The translations under genes were made by a program, and so were the position numbers. Of a DNA stretch of 64,000 nt, positions 39,152-48,057 are shown one piece after another. Below the pieces are notes generated by a model, which worked only from the letters and a program-made list of their open reading frames with translations, was not told the origin of the DNA and made no database searches. This stretch comes from an uncultured Pseudomonadota bacterium (lineage in GTDB: Bacteria; Myxococcota_A; Polyangia; Fen-1088). Each line of letters begins with the position of its first letter. The first letter of the stretch is position 1. Where the stretch lies: the NCBI GenBank assembly GCA_963819375.1, contig CAWFVU010000002.1, forward strand, positions 430,156-494,155. The letters are read 5' to 3'.

Positions 39152-39750
39152 AGATCCGATCCCCTCTCCTGATGGCCTCGGTGGCCGCCCTCGGTCTCGC
39201 GACCTTCGTTGGCCGCGCGGAGGCCAAGAAGGCAACTGCGACGGCAGCGGCGCCCGCTGCCGCCAGCAACGGCTTTCAGACCGACTTCCTCGCGCTGCTC
39301 GACGACGTGCAGAAGAAGGTCCTGTCGCTGGAGGACGCCATCCCTCAGGACAAGTTCAAGTGGCGGCCGGCCCCCGGCGTCCGCTCGATCTCCGAGGCCT
39401 TCCTGCACATCGCTTACGGAAACTACGGCTTCACCAAGGGCGCCACCGGCAAGGCGCCGCCAGCCGACGTCGGCTGGGGGACGGACCACGCCAAGTGGGA
39501 CACCAAGACGACCGACAAGGCCGAGATCAAGAAGGTGCTCGAGGCCTCGTTCGATCACGTCCGCGCGGCGATGAAAGAGGTCCAGGACGCCGACCTCGAC
39601 AAGAAGGTCAACGTGTTCGGCCACGACATGACGGAGCGCGCGGTCTGGATGGCGCTCCTCGGCCACCTGAACGAGCACATGGGACAGGAGGTCGCCTACG
39701 CCCGCGCCAACAACGTCGTCCCGCCCTGGAGCATGCCCAAGGGCGGCTAA
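39148..39750 (+). CDS. secreted DinB-family (DinB_2) protein
   Basis: ATGA overlap with the symporter stop. Signal [26 protein letters not shown]. His triad context FLHIAYGNY ... [10 protein letters not shown]. Confidence 0.7.
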   Translation: MKIRSPLLMASVAALGLATFVGRAEAKKATATAAAPAAASNGFQTDFLALLDDVQKKVLSLEDAIPQDKFKWRPAPGVRSISEAFLHIAYGNYGFTKGATGKAPPADVGWGTDHAKWDTKTTDKAEIKKVLEASFDHVRAAMKEVQDADLDKKVNVFGHDMTERAVWMALLGHLNEHMGQEVAYARANNVVPPWSMPKGG

Positions 39751-40553
39751 CGCGCGGTCCAGCCGCCGTCGATGAGCAGCGTCGTGCCGGTGATCATGGC
39801 GGCGGCCGGCGAGCAGAGGAAGACGACCGAGGCGGCGACGTCCGGCGGATCGCCGACGCGTCCGAGCGGGATGCGCGCCAGGAGATCGCGACGGAAGTCG
39901 TCGTCTTCGAGCCACTTCACGGTGCCGGGGGTGCGGATGAAGGTCGGCGCGACGGCGTTGACGTTGATCCCGTGGGCCGCCCATTCGACCGCCAGGCACT
40001 TCGTGAGATGGGCGATGGCCGCCTTGGTCATGCAGTAGACCGACTCGGTCGGCAGCGCGACGAAGCCGGCCTGTGAGCTCAGGTTGACGATCCGCCCGCC
40101 GCGTCCGGCGGCGATCATCGCGCGCCCGACCGCCTGGCTGACGAAGAACGTTCCCTTGAGGTTGACCGCCACCGTCGCATCGAAGTCGGCCTCGGTCACC
40201 GACTCGGCCGGGTTGGGCGGACCGATGCCGGCGTTGTTGACCAGGAGGTCGATGTGGCCGAAGTGCTCGACGGCCCGGGCGACCGCCGCCGAGATCTCCG
40301 CCGGCCGCGCGACGTCCATCTGCAACGGCAGCGCGCGGCGGCCGAGCGCGCAGACGGCATCGGCGACGTCACCCGCAGCGCGCAGATCGCGAAATCCGAG
40401 CGCCAGGTCGGCGCCGGCCCGGGCGAGCGCGATGGCCACGGCGCGACCGATCCCCCGCGCCGCCCCGGTGACGAGCGCGATCCGTCCGGCGACGTCGAAG
40501 GCCGGCGCGGCGTCGGCGTGGGCGGTCTTCCTCGAATTTGGCGTGTCGCTCAT
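39747..40553 (-). CDS. SDR-family oxidoreductase
   Basis: [15 protein letters not shown], catalytic YCMTKAA, PGTV... Confidence 0.9.
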   Translation of the reverse strand: MSDTPNSRKTAHADAAPAFDVAGRIALVTGAARGIGRAVAIALARAGADLALGFRDLRAAGDVADAVCALGRRALPLQMDVARPAEISAAVARAVEHFGHIDLLVNNAGIGPPNPAESVTEADFDATVAVNLKGTFFVSQAVGRAMIAAGRGGRIVNLSSQAGFVALPTESVYCMTKAAIAHLTKCLAVEWAAHGINVNAVAPTFIRTPGTVKWLEDDDFRRDLLARIPLGRVGDPPDVAASVVFLCSPAAAMITGTTLLIDGGWTAR

Positions 40554-40652
40554 TCGGAGAAGTTATCGCGTAACCGCCTGCGGCGGGCGACGTAGCACCG
40601 GTGAACAAGGACCGGGCCGCGGTGGCCCTCGACCAAAACCAGGAGAGAGACA

Positions 40653-40898
40653 ATGAGCATCAAGGGAGCAATGATCGCCGCTTCGGTGGCCGGGCTGTTC
40701 ACGATGGGCGTCGCCGGCATGGCCTCGGCGAAAAAGGGAGACGACGTGCTGTGCAGCGGCGTCAACGCCTGCAAGGGGCAGAGCGCCTGCAAGGGCGGGG
40801 ACAACGCCTGCAAGGGGAAGAACGGGTGCAAGGGGCAGGGGAACATGAAGATGAGCAAGGCCGACTGCGAGGCCAAGGGCGGAAAGGCCGTCAAGTAG
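40653..40898 (+). CDS. Sec-signal-bearing 6-Cys RiPP precursor (bufferin-like, 6/12-Cys type)
   Basis: AGGAG lies 7 nt upstream. MSIKGAMIAASVAGLFTMGVAGMASA|KKGDDVLCSGVNACKGQSACKGGDNACKGKNGCKGQGNMKMSKADCEAKGGKAVK. It sits immediately upstream of DUF692 + DUF2063 genes. Confidence 0.75.
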   Translation: MSIKGAMIAASVAGLFTMGVAGMASAKKGDDVLCSGVNACKGQSACKGGDNACKGKNGCKGQGNMKMSKADCEAKGGKAVK

Positions 40899-40911
40899 CG
40901 CAGGCGACGGG

Positions 40912-40938
40912 CCGGCGGCGCCCTCGCCGCGCCGCCGG
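40912..40938 (+). terminator. GC-rich stem-loop between precursor and enzyme genes (possible intra-operon attenuator/processing site)
   Basis: Perfect 10-bp stem CCGGCGGCGC / GCGCCGCCGG with 7-nt loop CCTCGCC. No T tract. Confidence 0.35.
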
Positions 40939-40959
40939 TCGCACGTCACCCGAGATGCC

Positions 40960-41818
40960 ATGACGACGACATCGAGTCCGCCGTTGTTTCCCGAACCTGG
41001 GTCGCGGCCTGGGGCTGCGCCGGGAGCACTACCAGCACGTCGTCGAGAATCGGCCGGCGGTCGGGTGGTTCGAGGTGATCTCGGAGAACTTCATGGGAGC
41101 GGGGGGCAACCCGCGGCGCGTGCTGGAGGCGGTCCGGCGTGATTATCCGGTCGTCCTGCACGGCGTGTCGCTGTCGATCGGCTCGACCGACCCGCTCGAC
41201 GAGCGCTACCTCGCCGAGCTCGGCGCGCTGGCGGAGGCCGTCGAGCCGGCCTGGATCTCGGACCACCTCTGTTGGGGGACGGCGCACGGGATCAACGCGC
41301 ACGATCTGTTGCCGCTGCCGTACACCGAGGAGGCGCTGGCGCACGTCGCGCGCCGCGTGGAGATCGTCCAGGAGCGCCTGGGACGAAGAATCCTCTTGGA
41401 GAACCCCTCCAGCTACCTGGTGCTCGACGGTGACATGACGGAGCACGCGTTTCTCGCCGAGCTGGCCCGGCGCGCCGATTGCGGCATCCTGCTCGACGTC
41501 AACAACGTCTTCGTGAGCGCGCACAACCATGGCTGGGATCCGCACGCCTACCTGGCGGCGATGCCGGCGGAGCGCGTCGGTCAGATTCACCTGGCCGGTC
41601 ATTCTCGAGACGGCGCGCTCCTCATCGACACGCACGACGGATACGTCGTGGACGGGGTCTGGCGTCTCTACGCCGAGGCGGTCCGGCGGTTCGGGGCGCG
41701 GTCGACCATGATTGAATGGGACGCCGACGTTCCGGCGTTCGAGGAGCTGGAGGCGGAGCTCGTGCGCGCGGCGCGCTGGGAACAGCTGGCGCTCGGGGAG
41801 CGGCGCGATGCGGCCTGA
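40960..41818 (+). CDS. DUF692/UPF0276 multinuclear non-heme iron oxidase (MNIO; MbnB/BufB-like), N-terminus out of frame by one base
   Basis: WFEVISENF, VVLHGVSLSIGS, WISDHLCW, RILLENPSSY, GILLDVNNV, IHLAGH, TMIEWD. The conserved start ...NLGRGLGLRREHYQHVVENRPAVG is in the enzyme frame but has no ATG/GTG/TTG there. ATG 40960 is in the -1 frame. One extra base lies between 40964 and 41005, probably g40993. Confidence 0.85.
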
Positions 41819-42626
41819 GCGCGCGCCCCGGCCGTCGCTGGCGTCGGTCCAGGCGGCGCTGCTGTCGCGGCTCACGGGCCAGGAGCTGGGCCTGCCGGCG
41901 TTCGAGGTGGCGTCGTTGATCCGCGGCGACGCGCGGGCGAGCGCCGAGGACCGGCTCGGGGTCTATTGCTTCATGTATGGCTCGCGCCTGGTGGAGGCGC
42001 TGGAGTCGCAGTTCCCGCGCCTCGCGCGACTGCTGGGCGCCGAGGCCTTCGCCGACCTCACCGCCGGCTACGTGGCCGATCACCCTTCGCGGCACCCGTC
42101 GCTGCGCGAGCTCGGCCGTGCGCTGCCCGGCTGGCTGGGGGCGCGGCGCCCGAACGAACGAGCGCTGGCGCCGTTGGCGGCGCTCGATTGGGCGCGCGCC
42201 GACGTCTACGATCTCGCCGACGAGCCCGCCATGACGCTGGACGCGCCTCGCGCCTTTTCGCCGGAGCGCTTCGGCGAGCTGCCGCTCAAATTGATCGCGG
42301 CGCACCGGTTCGTCGAGGTCGACCGCGGGACCGAGGCGTTGTGGGACCGGCTCGCGCCAACCGCCGCAGACGCGCCGGGCGCGGTCCCCACGCCGCTCGA
42401 GGCCGGTCCGGGTGCCACGCTGCTCGTCTGGCGCCAGGAGATCGCCGTCTATCACCGCGCCGTCGATCCGGAGGAGCGCGCGGCGCTCGCGCTGGTCTCG
42501 GCCGGAAGCCGGTTCGGCGTCATCTGCGACGCGCTCTCGGCGGCGCATGGTGACGAGGCCGCCGCGGCGCGGGCGTTTGCCTGGCTCTCGACCTGGATCG
42601 CCGATGGCCTCCTGACCGAGATCTGA
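41808..42626 (+). CDS. DUF2063-type MNIO partner protein (BufC-like)
   Basis: ATG 41808 overlaps the DUF692 gene by 11 nt. ...RLGVYCFMYGSRLVEALESQFPRLARLLG..FADLTAGYVADHPSRHPSLRELG..LP.WL matches the family N-terminal domain as I recall it. Confidence 0.7.
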   Translation: MRPERAPRPSLASVQAALLSRLTGQELGLPAFEVASLIRGDARASAEDRLGVYCFMYGSRLVEALESQFPRLARLLGAEAFADLTAGYVADHPSRHPSLRELGRALPGWLGARRPNERALAPLAALDWARADVYDLADEPAMTLDAPRAFSPERFGELPLKLIAAHRFVEVDRGTEALWDRLAPTAADAPGAVPTPLEAGPGATLLVWRQEIAVYHRAVDPEERAALALVSAGSRFGVICDALSAAHGDEAAAARAFAWLSTWIADGLLTEI

Positions 42627-42689
42627 CGCCCGAACCCTGGCGTCCCTTGCCCACCCGCACCGCTCGCCCCCGGTGTAAAATGAACTGGC

Positions 42690-44099
42690 GTGGCGAACTG
42701 GCGCATCGGTGTGGCCTGCGCGGCGTTGCTGGTCGTGGCTTGCAGCAGCGGCGACGGCCTCGGCGGAAGCGGCGGCGACGCGACCGGAGCGGGCGGCATC
42801 GCCACGGGTGGCGTCGCGACCGGCGGCCGGAGCGCCGGCGGCGTCTCGGGCACGGCCGGTGCGGGGGCCAGCGGCGCGACGGGGGGCGTCGGGCTTGGAG
42901 GCGTGACCGGCACCGCCGGGTCGCCGGGCACCGGTGGCGGCACGGCAGGCTCGTCAGGCACCGGCGGCGTCGCGCCGTCGGGCCCCTGGGTGATGGGCTA
43001 CTGGGCGGTCTGGCAGACGACGCAGTATCCGCTGGCCCACGTCGCCTGGGGCGAGATGACCCACGCCGCGATCTCCTTCGTCGAGCCGCGGGCGCCAGGC
43101 GCGACCTCGTCCGCCAGTCCGTACGCCACGCTCGATTCGAGCAACGTCGTCGACAACCTCGGCGCGACCGGGATGTCGGACTTCGCCGTCGCCGCGCACA
43201 ACGGCGGCGCGCACCCGATCCTCTCGCTCGGTGGGGCCGGCGCGGGCGCCGGGTTCGCCGCCGCCGCCGCCCCGGCGAACCAGAAGCAGTTCGTCAGCGA
43301 AGTCGTCGCTGCCTGCGCCAAGTGGCACTACGACGGCGTCGACCTCGACTGGGAGGATGGCATCAACCTCGCCGACTTTCAGAGCCTCGTGTTGGCGCTG
43401 CGGGCGGCCGCGCCGCCGGGGTTCCTGATCACCGCGCCGGTCGGCGCCGTCAACAACAACGCCGGCATCGACGCGGGGACTGCCGCCCTGTGGACGGCGG
43501 TCGCGGGCGCCGTCGATCAGATCAACGTCATGACCTACACCGGCTCGGGGAACTATCCCGGCTGGGTGGTCTGGTACCTCGACCCGCTCATGGGCGCGGG
43601 GTCCGATCATCCGTTCGACGTCGCGTCGTCGCTCGCGGCCTGGGCGGCGCTCGGCATCCCCAAGTCGAAGCTGGGGGTCGGGATCGGCTTTTACGGGCGG
43701 GCGGTCAGCGCGCCGGTCACGGCGGCGCTGCAGAGCTACGGCAGCGCCACCGTCTACGAGGACGACACCGAGCTCTCCTACGGCAACATCCAGCACTACT
43801 TCGTCGGTCACGGTGGCGCCGTCTCGCACTGGGACGCCACCGCCATGACCACCTGGCTGTCGTGGACGACGACCTTCCACCCGTCGTGGACGGAGCAGTT
43901 TCCCGGCGACCCGGGACCGGCGACCCAGTTCCTCACCTTTGAAGACGTGCCGACGGTGACGGCCAAGGGGACGTGGCTGAAGGCGAACGGCTACGGCGGC
44001 GTCATCATCTGGACGATCAACGAGGGGACGCAGTATCCGTACGGTGGCGACGGGTACGCCAACCCGCTCCTCGACGCGACCGCCGCCGCATTCCGCTAG
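42690..44099 (+). CDS. GH18 chitinase-like lipoprotein
   Basis: Lipobox LLVVACSS, linker, catalytic DGVDLDWE, MTYTG, GGVIIWTINEG. Confidence 0.88.
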   Translation: MANWRIGVACAALLVVACSSGDGLGGSGGDATGAGGIATGGVATGGRSAGGVSGTAGAGASGATGGVGLGGVTGTAGSPGTGGGTAGSSGTGGVAPSGPWVMGYWAVWQTTQYPLAHVAWGEMTHAAISFVEPRAPGATSSASPYATLDSSNVVDNLGATGMSDFAVAAHNGGAHPILSLGGAGAGAGFAAAAAPANQKQFVSEVVAACAKWHYDGVDLDWEDGINLADFQSLVLALRAAAPPGFLITAPVGAVNNNAGIDAGTAALWTAVAGAVDQINVMTYTGSGNYPGWVVWYLDPLMGAGSDHPFDVASSLAAWAALGIPKSKLGVGIGFYGRAVSAPVTAALQSYGSATVYEDDTELSYGNIQHYFVGHGGAVSHWDATAMTTWLSWTTTFHPSWTEQFPGDPGPATQFLTFEDVPTVTAKGTWLKANGYGGVIIWTINEGTQYPYGGDGYANPLLDATAAAFR

Positions 44100-44112
44100 C
44101 CTTCGACCGAGC

Positions 44113-44754
44113 ATGGCCTTCTTCGCTCCAACGCCCGCTCCCACCGGGGGCCTGCACGCGGCCGCCACCGAGCGGAACCGCGGGCCGATCCTGGAGGTTC
44201 TCCGGCGTGTCCTTCCGCCCGCGGGCCTGGTGCTGGAGATCGCGAGCGGGACGGGGCAGCACGTGGCGTTCTTCGCGCGCGAGCTGCCGGCGCTGCGCTG
44301 GCAGCCTTCGGATCCATCGCCCGTGCACCTCGACAGCATCCGCGCCTGGACCGCGGCGTCCGGCGCGGACAACGTCGCGGCTCCGTTGCAGCTCGACGTC
44401 GAGCTTGCGCCCTGGCCGGTTCCTCAGGCCGACGCGATCTTGAACATCAACATGATCCACATCGCGCCCTGGTCGGCGGCCGAGGCGCTGTTTCGCGGGG
44501 CGGCGCGCCTCTTGCCATCGGCCGGTGTCCTTTTCCTCTACGGTCCTTTCAAGCGCGAGGGTCGCCATACAGCGGAGAGCAACGCGCGCTTCGACGAGCG
44601 GCTGCGCGGCGAGGATGCCCGCTGGGGCGTGCGCGACCTCGGCGACGTTCAGACGCTCGCCGCCGCGGCCGGCTTCGCTGCGCCGGAGGTGATCGCCATG
44701 CCGGCGAACAACCTCTCGCTCGTGTTTCGCCGGAACGGCCCGGCCGGATCTTAA
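44113..44754 (+). CDS. DUF938-family SAM-dependent methyltransferase
   Basis: ATG 44113. ATERNRGPILEVL, VLEIASGTGQH, NINMIHIAPW, FLYGPF. Confidence 0.8.
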   Translation: MAFFAPTPAPTGGLHAAATERNRGPILEVLRRVLPPAGLVLEIASGTGQHVAFFARELPALRWQPSDPSPVHLDSIRAWTAASGADNVAAPLQLDVELAPWPVPQADAILNINMIHIAPWSAAEALFRGAARLLPSAGVLFLYGPFKREGRHTAESNARFDERLRGEDARWGVRDLGDVQTLAAAAGFAAPEVIAMPANNLSLVFRRNGPAGS

Positions 44755-46292
44755 AGCCGGCTGGCGTAGGCCGTCTTCATGGGCGGGTAGAGCGCGAGAT
44801 CGGGCAGGGCCGTGTAGTTGTTCCCCGAGCGCTGCCAGAGCGCATGGGTCGTCTGCGTGGCGTCGGACGGCTGCGCGTTGTTCCAGCTCCCCTGCGAGGT
44901 CGGCTCCCAGTCGAACGTCCCCAGCCCCTGATTGTTGGGCAGACCGAACACCACGTCGTTGATCTGCCGCTCCATCGGGCCGTACTCGGCGGCGAAGAAG
45001 CGAATCTTCGGGTAGGCCGTGACCAGCTGCGAGAACGTCGACTGCCAGGCGGTCTGGGTGTTGGCCTGGCTGTTCACGTCCCCCTGGTACTGCTGGTAGC
45101 AGGACTCGCCGAAGGTGTCGGGGGTGGCGCCCTGCTTGATCGCGTTGTCGAGCCAGTTCTTGGTCGTCGAGTAAGCGTTGCCGCGATCGATGTGGAACGA
45201 GATCAGGATCCCGGTGTCGACGTCCTTGACGCCCTGGACGCCGGCCTTGAGCAGCATGCCCAGGTTCGGCCAGCCCGCCGTCGATGCGGCGCCGGTGACC
45301 TTGGGCGCCGTTCCGGTCGGCTGCCCGCCGGAGTCGCAGATGTGGAGCAGCATGCCGGGTGTCGTCTCGTTGCCGATCTGGACCATGTCGGGCCGCGCGC
45401 CGCCAGCGATGAGGGCGGTGATGGAGCTCTTCACGTAGTCGTGCAGCGCCGTCGAGAGATCGGTGATGTTGGTGTACCCCTGCCAGGCGACCGGCATGCA
45501 CTGCTTGCCCGGGTCGGCCCAGTTGTCGCTCATGTGAAAGTCGACGAGGAGGCCCATCCCGGCGTCCTTGACCAGCTTGCCGAAGGTAACCGTGTGGGTG
45601 ATGTCGTCGTAGCCGTTGGTCCTGTCGTAGCCGTCGGAGGCCTTCGGGTCGACGAAGGTCCGCAGGCGAACGAAGTTGAAGCCGTTGGACTTCATCGACG
45701 TGAGCAGGTTGTTGATGGCGGTCGTGCCAGCCGTCTCCTGATCGGTGACGTCGGCGCCGAAGAAGTAGCTCGGCAGTGTGCTCGTTCCCGAGCCGCCCGT
45801 CCCCGTGACGCCGCCCGTGGCGCTGCCGCCGGTTCCCTTGGCGCCCGCCACGCCGCCGGTGCCGGTCGTTCCGCCGGTTCCCTTGGCGCCCGCCGCGCCG
45901 CCGGTGCCGGTGGTGCCACCGGTTCCCTTGGCACCCGCCGCACCGCCGGTGCCGGTCGTGCCTCCGGTGGCTGTCGTGCCCCCCGTGCCGGTCGCACCAC
46001 CGGTGGCTGTCGCGCCGCCGGTTCCCTTGGCGCCCGCCGCGCCGCCGCCGGTCCCCGTGACGCCGCCCGTGCTGACCGCGCCTCCGGTTCCCGTGCCGCT
46101 GCCGCCGGTGCCCGCTCCGCCCGTGCCGCTGCCGGTTCCGCCCGAGCCGCTTCCCCCTTCGCCGTTGCCGCCGCCGCTCGCGGTCGCCCCGCCCGTGGCG
46201 GAAGCACCGCCCTCACCGGTGTCGGTGCCTTGGCTGTTGGCGCAGCCCCACAGCGTGGCCGCAAACAGAAGGAGATAGGCGCGTTTGTGCAT
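44751..46292 (-). CDS. GH53 arabinogalactan endo-beta-1,4-galactanase lipoprotein
   Basis: I prefer ATG 46292 (MHKRAYLLLFAATLWGC). Long linker. FFGADVT, NGFNFVRLRTFVDP, LLVDFHMSDNWADPGKQ, VQIGNETT (acid/base), FFAAEYG (nucleophile). Confidence 0.88.
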   Translation of the reverse strand: MHKRAYLLLFAATLWGCANSQGTDTGEGGASATGGATASGGGNGEGGSGSGGTGSGTGGAGTGGSGTGTGGAVSTGGVTGTGGGAAGAKGTGGATATGGATGTGGTTATGGTTGTGGAAGAKGTGGTTGTGGAAGAKGTGGTTGTGGVAGAKGTGGSATGGVTGTGGSGTSTLPSYFFGADVTDQETAGTTAINNLLTSMKSNGFNFVRLRTFVDPKASDGYDRTNGYDDITHTVTFGKLVKDAGMGLLVDFHMSDNWADPGKQCMPVAWQGYTNITDLSTALHDYVKSSITALIAGGARPDMVQIGNETTPGMLLHICDSGGQPTGTAPKVTGAASTAGWPNLGMLLKAGVQGVKDVDTGILISFHIDRGNAYSTTKNWLDNAIKQGATPDTFGESCYQQYQGDVNSQANTQTAWQSTFSQLVTAYPKIRFFAAEYGPMERQINDVVFGLPNNQGLGTFDWEPTSQGSWNNAQPSDATQTTHALWQRSGNNYTALPDLALYPPMKTAYASRL

Positions 46293-46388
46293 GGAGCTCC
46301 GCAGGGGGGTAGGAGGTGAACGGACAGTCGTCACCGCTACTTGTTGCGGGAGCCCGGGGGAATCAATCACGGACGAGCTGACTTTTCT

Positions 46389-47384
46389 TTAGCGCACCGC
46401 GTGGGTCTCGTAGATCTCCGCGTTCCCGGAGCGCGTCGAGGAGAACATCATGTAGCTGAGGTCGGGAGAGAGGCTGGAGTCGGAATCGTAGGAGGTCGAG
46501 TCGATGTCGCTCAGCAAGACGGGCGGCTCGAAGGCTTCCGAGACCGACTGGCGCGCCGACCAGTAGATGTCGCCGGCCCCCGACTTCATCGAGGTAAAAA
46601 AGATCACCAGCGTCCCCTGGGCCACGAACGGATCGTATTCGTCGCTCGCGCTGTTCACGCCCGGCACTGGCTGCGGCGCCCCCCAGGGGCTTTCGATGTT
46701 GGGGCGCGAGCTCCAGTAGAGATCATAGCTCGTCCCCTCTGCGGTGCCGGCCAGATTGGCGCGGTCCGAGCTGAAGAACAGGGTCGTCTCGGTGGCGTCG
46801 ACGACCGGCGCGAAATCGACGCTGCTGCTGGCCAGCTCGGCGACCGGTGCCGGCGCGCTCCAGGCGGCGGTGCGCGCGGCGCGCGTCGCCTGCCAGAGTT
46901 GCCCGCGCCCGGCGGCGCGGTCGGTGGCGAACCAGATCGTGAGGCCGTCGAGCGAGATCCCGGGGCACCAGTCATCGCTGCTCGAGCTCAGCTCGGCGAC
47001 GGCGGTCGGCGTTCCCCACGGATCGTCGGCGGAGGCGCGGCGCGCCGTCCAGATGTCCTTCGTCCCGGCGCGCGTCGACATGAAGTAGAGCTCCAGCAGA
47101 TCGCCGGTGAAGGTGGGATCCTCGTCGATCGCGCTGCTGTCGGACAGCGCGGCGACCAGCGTCGGCGTGGCGAAGCGGGGCGGCGTGGCCAGCGGGACGC
47201 CGCCCGTGTCGGCTCCGCCGGCGTCGAGCAGCGTGCCGAGCAGATCGTCGCGACGGTTGCACGCCGCCGCGAATGCCAGCCAGATGAGCGCCAGCCAGAC
47301 CCACGGCGCCGGGAGCGAAGGCCGCGCTGCGCCAATATGCGCGCGGCTGACCGCTGGCTTGACCGCGGCGATCAAGTTCGACAT
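46389..47384 (-). CDS. TolB-like PD40 beta-propeller protein, membrane/lipid anchored
   Basis: ATG 47384. Anchor WVWLALIWLAFAAAC. About six repeats of the type D.DP.F.GD.LELYFMS.R.G..DIW. Confidence 0.7.
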   Translation of the reverse strand: MSNLIAAVKPAVSRAHIGAARPSLPAPWVWLALIWLAFAAACNRRDDLLGTLLDAGGADTGGVPLATPPRFATPTLVAALSDSSAIDEDPTFTGDLLELYFMSTRAGTKDIWTARRASADDPWGTPTAVAELSSSSDDWCPGISLDGLTIWFATDRAAGRGQLWQATRAARTAAWSAPAPVAELASSSVDFAPVVDATETTLFFSSDRANLAGTAEGTSYDLYWSSRPNIESPWGAPQPVPGVNSASDEYDPFVAQGTLVIFFTSMKSGAGDIYWSARQSVSEAFEPPVLLSDIDSTSYDSDSSLSPDLSYMMFSSTRSGNAEIYETHAVR

Positions 47385-47418
47385 CGTTGAGCGTGAAGTG
47401 TCGCGGTTCTCCAAGCAA

Positions 47419-48057
47419 ATGACCAGTGAGGACGCGCAAGCAGCCGGCGGCGCCTGGACATCGTTGCGGCCACCCGACCATCTGCTCGGTGTGGCGCGGG
47501 CGGCCGGGCAGGGCGACGGCGATGCGGCAGCAACGCTGGTCTCGGAGCTGGGCGGGGGGATGCTGCGCGTGGTGCGCAAGGTGATGGGCCACCACCACCC
47601 CGACGTCGACGACGTCACGCAGGACGCGGTGGTCGCGCTTCTGGGATCGCTGGAGACGTTTCGGGGCGCTTGCAGCGTCGAGCACTTCGCTCGGCGGGTC
47701 GCGCTCCTGACCGCGCTCGGCGCGCGACGGCGGGCCAAGGTGCGCCAGCGCGAGGCCGAGGCCGAGGCGGGCGCGATCGACGAGCTCCCGGGCGACGCGC
47801 TGTCGCCGCTGGCGACGACGGTGGCCAGCCGGCGGCGGGCGCTCGTGCGGAAGCTGCTCGACGATCTTCCGGAGGTGATCGCCGAGGCGCTCGCGCTGCA
47901 TTTCATCCTCGACCACACCGTCGAGGAGATCGCCGCGGCGACGGCGGTGCCGGCCAACACCGTCTGGAGCCGTCTGCGCCTCGGCAAGCGGGCGCTGCGC
48001 CGCAAGCTGGAGGGGGACGTCCACCTCGCGGAGATGTTGCGGGGAGGGGTCCGATGA
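47419..48057 (+). CDS. ECF-type RNA polymerase sigma factor
   Basis: Region 2 DVDDVTQDAVVALL, region 4 TVEEIAAATAVPANTVWSRLRLGKRALR. The start is uncertain (ATG 47419 or the upstream GTG). Confidence 0.8.
   Translation: MTSEDAQAAGGAWTSLRPPDHLLGVARAAGQGDGDAAATLVSELGGGMLRVVRKVMGHHHPDVDDVTQDAVVALLGSLETFRGACSVEHFARRVALLTALGARRRAKVRQREAEAEAGAIDELPGDALSPLATTVASRRRALVRKLLDDLPEVIAEALALHFILDHTVEEIAAATAVPANTVWSRLRLGKRALRRKLEGDVHLAEMLRGGVR

Noticed and set aside
42638-42650. Sigma-54-like TGGCGT...TTGC upstream of the GH18 gene
   Set aside because: The GG-to-GC distance is 10 nt instead of 12, and the -24/-12 spacing is essentially invariant. The same verdict applies to a TGGCC...TTGC pair at about 50229-50248, where the spacing is far too long.
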